The notes under the pieces were generated by a model. That model saw nothing but the letters and a program-made list of their open reading frames with translations, was not told where the DNA came from and ran no database searches. A DNA stretch of 64,000 nucleotides from an uncultured Verrucomicrobiota bacterium. GTDB lineage: Bacteria > Verrucomicrobiota > Kiritimatiellia > RFP12 > UBA3636. The position numbers and the translations under genes are program-made. Location: the NCBI GenBank assembly GCA_937911295.1, contig CALDQE010000074.1:46959-110958 (forward strand), given 5' to 3'. This document shows positions 57,344 through 64,000 of this stretch, one piece after another; the stretch's first letter is position 1; each line of letters begins with the position of its first letter.

Positions 57344-58741
57344 CTATATTTTACCCTCTTTCAGAGATTTTGCCAAGACACAATTTAAACATCCAGCCCT
57401 TGCTGTCAAACAAAAACGATACCAAATTTCCATTAGTCCCTGCTGGTAGAGGACCGCTCCATTATATAAAGCAGGATTATGGTCTCGACCGAACAAGCTA
57501 AATGCAGTCTCTCTAATAATAGAATTCTCCGCCTCACCAGGCAATACTTCTGCAAGATGTATGCAATCTGGATCTTGAATAGCTAAAATTGGGATAATTA
57601 CATTGATAGCAATACTTACAATTCGTGCTTGCCCTAATACAGGCACAACACCTATTAACTCTTGCCCTTCAAGCTTCGCCTTAAAAAGTGCCTTCAAAGC
57701 CTTCCACCACTTCTTCGCAGACTCACGTGGCAATGCCAAAATATCGTCAAACAAGCGATTCCTCCCTCCAAAGAGAATCGCAGCTATTACAAGCCTTTCC
57801 TCAGGCTTATTTTTAGGTCGCAGACAATTCCTATTCCATTTTAGTGGGAAGATGTCTATTGCATCAGCCTTTCCATATTGCCATGCTAAATCCCACAATT
57901 CGCGATATGCTACATTCTTTTCCAAATTATTTAATAGGCCACTTACTGCCAATAGTATTGCTAATCGCTCTTTAGGCGTAGGTATTAGCGATAAATCTTG
58001 ATTTGTAACTAATCGAGCTAATAGTCGAAATTGTTCTTTATTATTTTTATATCCTAATGCTGCAAAAAATTCCTCTTCGAACAGCTGTCTTATATCACCC
58101 ATCTCTGAATATCGAGCAGCCATATCAGCACTTTTTCTTCGAAGGCGACTTTCCCCTGATTTTAGCAAAAGACTACGAATTTGATCTGGAGAGGTATTTG
58201 CAATATGACAGCTACACGGAGGAGCTTCATTGAGTATTGCATGGGGGTAAGCCGCGATAGCAATTCTTTCAAAGGAAAAATCTTGTTGAATTAAAATTTG
58301 TTCCTTTAAAGTAACATTTGCGATATGTGGTGGTAGAGGTGCTGGATTATAGCCACCGAACCAACATACGTGCATAATAAGATTTGAGTAATTTTCATCA
58401 CCGGAATGGCGATGTGCTACCCAATCTGATGGTCTAGTATGGATTTCAACATCTCCACGCACGATTTTTCCCGATTTACAATAGAGGATTTCCGCACCAA
58501 TAAAATCTGGCCCCTCTTCTAAATTCCAAACACCTGGGTTAATAATGATAAATTCTTCACCAATATCTGTTTTTAAAATTGTAGGGCGAAGAGACGGGTC
58601 ATACCAAATACACTGGATATGGCGCTCAGTCCATCTAGAATTTCCAGCCAAAGTAATTTGTGGCTCAGAAACGGTGCTACCAAAGTTTGGAAACCATAAA
58701 AACATAGCAACTCCTTGTGTAATAATCAAAACTAAAGACAT
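57344..58741 (-). CDS. Conserved hypothetical protein (DUF2851-like, assignment tentative)
   Basis: It is a 465-aa soluble protein. The N-terminal ERHIQCIWYD block resembles my memory of DUF2851. I cannot verify this. Confidence 0.4.
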   Translation of the reverse strand: MSLVLIITQGVAMFLWFPNFGSTVSEPQITLAGNSRWTERHIQCIWYDPSLRPTILKTDIGEEFIIINPGVWNLEEGPDFIGAEILYCKSGKIVRGDVEIHTRPSDWVAHRHSGDENYSNLIMHVCWFGGYNPAPLPPHIANVTLKEQILIQQDFSFERIAIAAYPHAILNEAPPCSCHIANTSPDQIRSLLLKSGESRLRRKSADMAARYSEMGDIRQLFEEEFFAALGYKNNKEQFRLLARLVTNQDLSLIPTPKERLAILLAVSGLLNNLEKNVAYRELWDLAWQYGKADAIDIFPLKWNRNCLRPKNKPEERLVIAAILFGGRNRLFDDILALPRESAKKWWKALKALFKAKLEGQELIGVVPVLGQARIVSIAINVIIPILAIQDPDCIHLAEVLPGEAENSIIRETAFSLFGRDHNPALYNGAVLYQQGLMEIWYRFCLTARAGCLNCVLAKSLKEGKI

Positions 58742-58920
58742 TTATCAAATTTAAACGACACTATTTTATTATAATTTAAAATAATAATCAAATAAAAATT
58801 ACAAAAACAAATAATTTTTACATATCTTTCTTACTAATCGCTTTCAAATTCAGCTATTTCGATACTCTTTGTGCTCGCGATTACGATAATTACACAAAAA
58901 ATCCCTCCCCATCTCCCAAG

Positions 58921-59077
58921 CTCCCTACCTCCCAGAAAGCGAAAGCAATATTTAGAGTTACTTTCGTTGCTGGGAGTTTTGGAGGCTCGGAGGTTCGGAG
59001 TATTGATGCACCTTGTTTACCTACTGCTTGACGAAAAGCATTGAGTATCTATCAATCCTCCCTACCTCCCAGAAAGC
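58921..59077 (+). repeat. Intergenic CU-rich element bounded by a 21-bp direct repeat CCTCCCTACCTCCCAGAAAGC, containing a segment related to the 32361-32400 and 36531-36558 repeat family
   Basis: The direct-repeat copies are 58921-58940 and 59057-59077. The internal GTTGCTGGGAGTTTTGGAGGCTCGGAGGTTCGGAG is the reverse complement of a CTCCGAACCTCC-containing sequence also present at 32371-32396. Confidence 0.55.
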
Positions 59078-59267
59078 ACCGCAGGCAACCTGTCACTAGT
59101 TCACTAGACAAAGCAAATGCAACACAAAACTCAACAGGGGGTTGCATTTAGTTTGTCTTTTCACCAAAAAAAATGTTGCACAAAGCCTCATTTTTTCATA
59201 TTATTTATTGAGATACTTGGGTTTACTATATTATATATAGTAATTACTTACATGATGAAAGAAAGCT

Positions 59268-60719
59268 ATGGACAATTTTAAAGAAAAAGTATTCGGGATG
59301 TGGCTCGGCAAAGCTATCGGAGGAACTCTAGGTATGCCTTGGGAGGGTTGTAGCAATCCTTTGTCACTTACATTTTATACTCCAGAACCCACAGAAATGA
59401 TGCCTAACGATGACCTTGACCTCCAAATCCTTTGGGCATGCAAACTCGCAACCGACTGGAATGGGAAAATCAATCGCCACCGCTTTGCAGAAGCATGGCG
59501 AGATTGCGTACGCTTCCCTTTTGATGAATATGGCGTCGCTCTACGGAATATTGCTTTAGGTCTAAAACCACCTTATACAGGCTCATACGATAATTGGTTT
59601 GTTGATGGTCTTGGAGCTGCTATCCGAAGTGAAATCTGGGCTGCATTAGCTCCTGGTGACCCTGCAAAAGCAGTTGCATACGCCTATGAGGATGCTTGTG
59701 TTGATCATGATGGTGACGGGCTCTATGCCGAGCAATATCTCGCTGCTCTTGAGTCACTCGCTTTTATCTCAAATAATATCCCAGAAATCATCGGACATGC
59801 TCTTCAGTATATACCTGCAGATTGTCGCCTATTTGAAGCTATTTGCGATACAATTGGTTGGTGCGATGTATATACAGATCCACTTGCTATCCGCGAAAAG
59901 ATTATGGCAAAATATGGGGTTGCAAACTTCACTGATGTAAAAATGAATATCCCATTTATGATTGCTGCACTTCTCCTTTCCAGAGGAGATTTTGAAAAAG
60001 CAATTTGTACTGCAGTAAATTTTGGCGAGGATGCTGATTGCACAGGAGCAACTGTTGGTGCAATTATGGGTATTGTCTGTTACGATAAAATTCCAGAGCG
60101 TTGGAGAAAGCCCATAGGTGAAAGCATTGTTGTTAGCAAAGAAATTACAGGAATCAATCCACCAAAAACGATTTCCGAGTTTACCGATCTTATTCTCGAA
60201 TTAAAGGGTAAGGTTACTCTTGAGCGAGAGGACTCGCCTAAGCCAGACCTCACAAAATATGAAATCGCAGCAGAAAAGCTAATTTTCCGCCCTTGGTTTG
60301 CAAAGGATTATCGTCGCTTCCCAATTGATGTAAATTCATCAAAACCAGAACAAATAAAGCTTCCTGGGAATTACATAAAAATTGATTTATCAGAAACAAA
60401 GCCAGACGCAATTTTAATACTTAACATTTCTTTCCACATCAAAGAGGCTGGCGTCTATCGAGTAATGTGTTGTACAGAAGCAAATTCCCGGTGCTATGTT
60501 GACCAATCTTACGCATTTGGTAGAGAAGGAGGTGCTATGGTACCAGCATTCCATAGAACACCATTAAATCAATCTGTTGAACTGGAGCTTTCGGTAGGCA
60601 CACATACTCTAACTATTTGTCTTGCAACAAATGAAACAGTCACAAAATTTGCAGATGTAGTTTTTGGAATTGGCGACAAAGATAAGCTTTGGGTAACCGA
60701 CGCATTTGTTCGTGGATAA
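59268..60719 (+). CDS. ADP-ribosylglycohydrolase-family protein with a roughly 180-aa C-terminal extension
   Basis: It has the ARH N-terminal motif GMWLGKAIGGTLGMPWEG and acidic metal-binding clusters (DHDGDG, GEDADCTGA). Confidence 0.8.
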   Translation: MDNFKEKVFGMWLGKAIGGTLGMPWEGCSNPLSLTFYTPEPTEMMPNDDLDLQILWACKLATDWNGKINRHRFAEAWRDCVRFPFDEYGVALRNIALGLKPPYTGSYDNWFVDGLGAAIRSEIWAALAPGDPAKAVAYAYEDACVDHDGDGLYAEQYLAALESLAFISNNIPEIIGHALQYIPADCRLFEAICDTIGWCDVYTDPLAIREKIMAKYGVANFTDVKMNIPFMIAALLLSRGDFEKAICTAVNFGEDADCTGATVGAIMGIVCYDKIPERWRKPIGESIVVSKEITGINPPKTISEFTDLILELKGKVTLEREDSPKPDLTKYEIAAEKLIFRPWFAKDYRRFPIDVNSSKPEQIKLPGNYIKIDLSETKPDAILILNISFHIKEAGVYRVMCCTEANSRCYVDQSYAFGREGGAMVPAFHRTPLNQSVELELSVGTHTLTICLATNETVTKFADVVFGIGDKDKLWVTDAFVRG

Positions 60720-60733
60720 TTTATTTGAAAAAA

Positions 60734-63700
60734 ATGATAATGAAAAGAAATACACTAAAAAACACAGGTCTATTGGGCATAGGTATTCTACTAACGGCCT
60801 GCTCCTCTTCTGTTGCGAACCTTGCTCCTGCGGAGCCATGGCTTCCTCCCCGAGCAGCTCCACATACCAGACTTAAATGTGTGCCTCAAGATGAATTGCT
60901 TAAAGCATATCCAGAGCACCAGCAGCTTCGTATTTCTCTAAATTCCGGATGGAAACAGCAAGCACCACGCTTCTCTGCTACTCCTTTTGATGTGGTGCCC
61001 GCAGAAGAACCAGAGTCCAAGCTTAACTGCTCAACAGAAGGCTGGAAAAGTGTCACACTTCCCAGCTCGACCTACAAAGAGTTTCCTGGCTCAAATCACA
61101 ACAACGAAAAGCCTTATGTTCGCTCTTGGTATCACAATGAATTTGAAATTTCCGCAGATGACTATGCCACAAAAACCTTTGAGTTGAATTTTGCAGTAGC
61201 ATCATACCATGTAACTGTATTTCTAAATGGGAAGCTGATACGTGAGCATAAAAGTGAGTTTAACCCTTGGTCAATTAAACTTCCTTCAAATGTGTTGAAG
61301 CCAGGCAAAAATGTCCTCGCAATTCATCATCAAGGAGATATTGGCAAATTTGCTGGAAAGCCTATTAAGCTCACACATGCCTATGGCACTCAATGGTGGC
61401 GTGGTGTGCTAAAGGCAGGTCTATGGGGTAATGTAACTCTTATTTCAGAGCCAAAATCTAGTGCAAAAATTGAGGTGCATTCTGCTCTAACAAGTAAGGA
61501 CCTAAAGCATGTTACATTTATGCATACATTAAAGAGCTTTGCACCAAATGTAGAGAACCAAAAATATATCATTTCTTCATATGTGCTCCCTTCTGCTGTC
61601 AATGCTCCAAAGACAAAGCTTTGCATCAACGAAACAATGGCAAGCTTCTCAAAGTCACAAGCAAAATTCAAGACGACAATCGATGCCACAAAGCTAAAGC
61701 ACTGGGAGATTGGTGCACCTGAGCTTTATGATTATTTTATTGAGATTTGGAATGAGGACAAAACGCAGTTACTTGATGTAACCACCTTCCGTTTTGGTGT
61801 TCGCCGCCTTGAGATAATAGATGGCGAATTTGTATTCAATGGTCGCAAGGTTTATATGTTTGCTCAAAATACAGCTTCCAATAATTGGGATGGGATTGGG
61901 CGCGACCCAGCAGAAGTTGAAAAGGCTGCTGAAAAAGAAATTCTTCAATTTTTAGACGATGGACATATTATAATTCGTACAGCACATGAGCCAATTAAAG
62001 AGGTGTATTTGCGTGTGGCAGATGAATGTGGTTTAATGATTTTTCACGAATGGGCATGGAGCTTTAGCTCAAATTTAGACTATGAGCAATTTAGCATAAA
62101 CAGCCGGCACGAGCTTAAAGAATATATTGATTATAGTTTAAAGCATCCATCTGTTTGTGCATTGTCCTTAGGTAATGAGATTCATGTTCATAAGGATGAA
62201 AGAATCGCAAAGCTTGTAGATGAAAATTATGATCTCGTGAAAAAGCTACTTGGAGAAAATGATATGCCAGTAAGCTCATTCTCTGGTGCAGCAAGAGGTT
62301 TTTCAGGAGATTTTGCTTTAAAGACAGACCTTCTTGATTTTCACACCTACACATCATTATCAGTTCCAGTTGGACGCCTAACAAGCGAATTGGTTGACAT
62401 AGTAAATGAAAACAAGAAAAAGTATGGCAATGATGTCGCGAAGAAGAAACCATTTGTGGCTTATGAGCTAGTTGGCTTCTCTTGGGGCATAAATGTAGAT
62501 CCAGTTTATACGCCAGGAGAGCGTAGTGAATATGAGCGCTATTTTAAACGTGAATTTACTTGGGGTGCACCACAAATCGTTGGCTTTATGGGAAGCTCAC
62601 CATTGGATATCATCAACACAAAGGGATTTGCTTCTTGGGCAAGAAATTATTATGGTCGCCGCGTTTACGATGAGTTCCGTTGGAACGAGGATATGAGGGG
62701 CTTTGCTCCTTGGTACATAGATACAGTTAAAGAGATTGAGCTATGGACGCAGCCAGTATATCCAATGCTTCGTACAGGCTATAGCATAGTTCCACGCAAT
62801 CTATTTGCTGGAGACACAATTGAGCTTTTTGCTGCAGTACACAATGTTTCTAACAAAGCATATCCGTCAGCCCAGCTAAAGGCCTACATATATTCAGACA
62901 AACAGCTTGTTGCAAATGTGCCTTTGACAGCTGCAGATATTGCGGTTCCTGATTTTGGTCATACAAAAAAGCTTGCAACAACAATGACAGTCCCAGCAAA
63001 TCTTGCCGGCGAGTATAGACTTGTTATTGCAGTTGAGGATGGTGCTGGCAACGAGCTAGGAAGAAATTACTACGATGTATTTGTCAAAGCAAAGGAAGCG
63101 GCACAAATTAAGCCAATTCGTTCTGTATATCTATTGGATATTGTTCCTGCAAATACAGAGCTTGCAGCCGCTGCCCTCAAAAAGCATGGCGTGAACTTCA
63201 AGCTTGTTAAGAAAGCATCTGAGGTAGCAGCCAACAATAGCGTCTTGATTGTCCCTCCAGATTATGCAGCTGAGCAGGTGTTCCGCGGACGCTCAAAGGA
63301 TATAGTTGATTATTTAAATGCAGGTGGAATTTTGCTTGTCATGGAGCAGCATAATCCTATGACGGCTTTGCCTGGCGGCCTATCTTTATTTAAGCATCAC
63401 TCAAGCTTTGTTGATATGGCGTATAAAGGTCATCCTGTATTTAAAGGTCTTTCTTGGAAGCAATTTGAAACTTGGAACAATGCAGATGGTGGCTTTGTGG
63501 CAGAGTCATACATTTCTCCATTCGATTGGAAATCGTGCATCGGTTCAAAAGGACCAATGCTAAGCTCACCTCATGCGTTTGGTTCAACTATTTTAGAGGC
63601 AACCCATGGACGTGGCAGAGTCTTCATCAACACTATGCAGGTATTACGTTGTTACCAAACTGACAGTGCGGCAGCAGCCTATTGGGAGAATCTTTTGCAC

Positions 63701-64000
63701 TACATTTTGGAGAGCAAGAGTCTTGTCTCAGACATTGGTGTGCTTGCAGGAGGAGCAACTGCTCAAAAACTTAAACCTGAGTATGTACGAAAGCTAGACC
63801 TACGCCCTTACGCAAATGCTGCATTTGATGATGAAGTTGATGGTGACAAAAAAGGTGGTTGGACAGATCAAGGCCCGATGAACTTTAAGAATGTTGCCAC
63901 GGGAGAGCAAATTGCAGCTAGCATTCCTTTTGACATCATAGACCCTGCCACAAATAATGGATTAGGTTGTATCCGCCTAAAGGGATCTGCTCGCAATTAT
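60734..64000 (+). CDS. Glycoside hydrolase family 2 lipoprotein (beta-galactosidase/beta-mannosidase/beta-glucuronidase-like), 3'-partial, continuing beyond the window
   Basis: The ORF is open from ATG 60734 to the window end, more than 1088 aa. It is not in the supplied ORF track because no stop lies within the window. It has a lipobox (ILLTAC), a GH2 sugar-binding jelly-roll (VFLNGKLIREH..NVLAIHH) and a TIM-barrel region (IIIRTAHEP...ADECGLMIFHEW). Confidence 0.75.
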   Translation, partial: MIMKRNTLKNTGLLGIGILLTACSSSVANLAPAEPWLPPRAAPHTRLKCVPQDELLKAYPEHQQLRISLNSGWKQQAPRFSATPFDVVPAEEPESKLNCSTEGWKSVTLPSSTYKEFPGSNHNNEKPYVRSWYHNEFEISADDYATKTFELNFAVASYHVTVFLNGKLIREHKSEFNPWSIKLPSNVLKPGKNVLAIHHQGDIGKFAGKPIKLTHAYGTQWWRGVLKAGLWGNVTLISEPKSSAKIEVHSALTSKDLKHVTFMHTLKSFAPNVENQKYIISSYVLPSAVNAPKTKLCINETMASFSKSQAKFKTTIDATKLKHWEIGAPELYDYFIEIWNEDKTQLLDVTTFRFGVRRLEIIDGEFVFNGRKVYMFAQNTASNNWDGIGRDPAEVEKAAEKEILQFLDDGHIIIRTAHEPIKEVYLRVADECGLMIFHEWAWSFSSNLDYEQFSINSRHELKEYIDYSLKHPSVCALSLGNEIHVHKDERIAKLVDENYDLVKKLLGENDMPVSSFSGAARGFSGDFALKTDLLDFHTYTSLSVPVGRLTSELVDIVNENKKKYGNDVAKKKPFVAYELVGFSWGINVDPVYTPGERSEYERYFKREFTWGAPQIVGFMGSSPLDIINTKGFASWARNYYGRRVYDEFRWNEDMRGFAPWYIDTVKEIELWTQPVYPMLRTGYSIVPRNLFAGDTIELFAAVHNVSNKAYPSAQLKAYIYSDKQLVANVPLTAADIAVPDFGHTKKLATTMTVPANLAGEYRLVIAVEDGAGNELGRNYYDVFVKAKEAAQIKPIRSVYLLDIVPANTELAAAALKKHGVNFKLVKKASEVAANNSVLIVPPDYAAEQVFRGRSKDIVDYLNAGGILLVMEQHNPMTALPGGLSLFKHHSSFVDMAYKGHPVFKGLSWKQFETWNNADGGFVAESYISPFDWKSCIGSKGPMLSSPHAFGSTILEATHGRGRVFINTMQVLRCYQTDSAAAAYWENLLHYILESKSLVSDIGVLAGGATAQKLKPEYVRKLDLRPYANAAFDDEVDGDKKGGWTDQGPMNFKNVATGEQIAASIPFDIIDPATNNGLGCIRLKGSARNY

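Noticed and set aside
63472-63797. Two 63-aa plus-strand ORFs
   Set aside because: They are out-of-frame segments inside the long GH2 reading frame.

Overview
This is a low-GC (about 40%) bacterial chromosomal window dominated by housekeeping genes, with several accessory-looking loci interspersed. I found no transposase, integrase, CRISPR array, restriction-modification or toxin-antitoxin genes. The gene content is suggestive of the Planctomycetes-Verrucomicrobia-Chlamydiae/Lentisphaerae neighbourhood, but that is inference from content only: two orphan GspE-type ATPases, many secreted or LRR/Fn3 proteins, and GH29/GH2 glycosidases. Left to right, the window contains:
- A tight plus-strand operon nifU(partial)-nifS-FHA/sigma54 activator-yraN-gspE-hypothetical-mrp/apbC.
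- Convergent alaS (no C-Ala domain) and folP, then tRNA-Asn(GUU) with its own terminator.
- thrC, a second GspE-family ATPase, a HIT protein, two outer-membrane beta-barrel candidates, an LRR lipoprotein, valS, and a GT4 glycosyltransferase.
- A CPA2 cation/proton antiporter fused to a PTS-EIIA(Ntr)-like domain.
- A SWIM-SNF2 helicase followed by 33-bp tandem repeats.
- A minus-strand operon of a four-domain CoADR-rhodanese-TusA-DsrE persulfide-reductase-type enzyme plus a NifX/NifB-like protein with a His/Cys tail. Upstream of it sits a peculiar GC-rich GAGAC/GACA degenerate repeat array.
- A roughly 4-kb segment carrying a cytoplasmic GH29 alpha-L-fucosidase and glnS, bracketed by a 58-bp inverted repeat.
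- A large Fn3 surface protein, then rex-fabF-acpP-fabG-fabD.
- A three-gene cassette VTC-domain / DUF4956 membrane protein / membrane-anchored LamG-CotH-kinase-like protein, which is the best candidate here for an uncharacterised system.
- mnmE, then an unusual bitopic protein with a cytoplasmic PPP-type metallophosphoesterase and an extracytoplasmic domain.
- An amino-acid ABC transporter, cysK, an MFS transporter, ybaK, a DUF2851-like protein, an ADP-ribosylglycohydrolase, and a 5'-partial GH2 lipoprotein running off the window end.
Several non-coding repeat families, shared upstream motifs and CU-rich terminator-bearing intergenic regions are also reported. Product and family calls were made by reading the provided translations for familiar motifs and domain architectures, without any database search; the confidence values reflect that.
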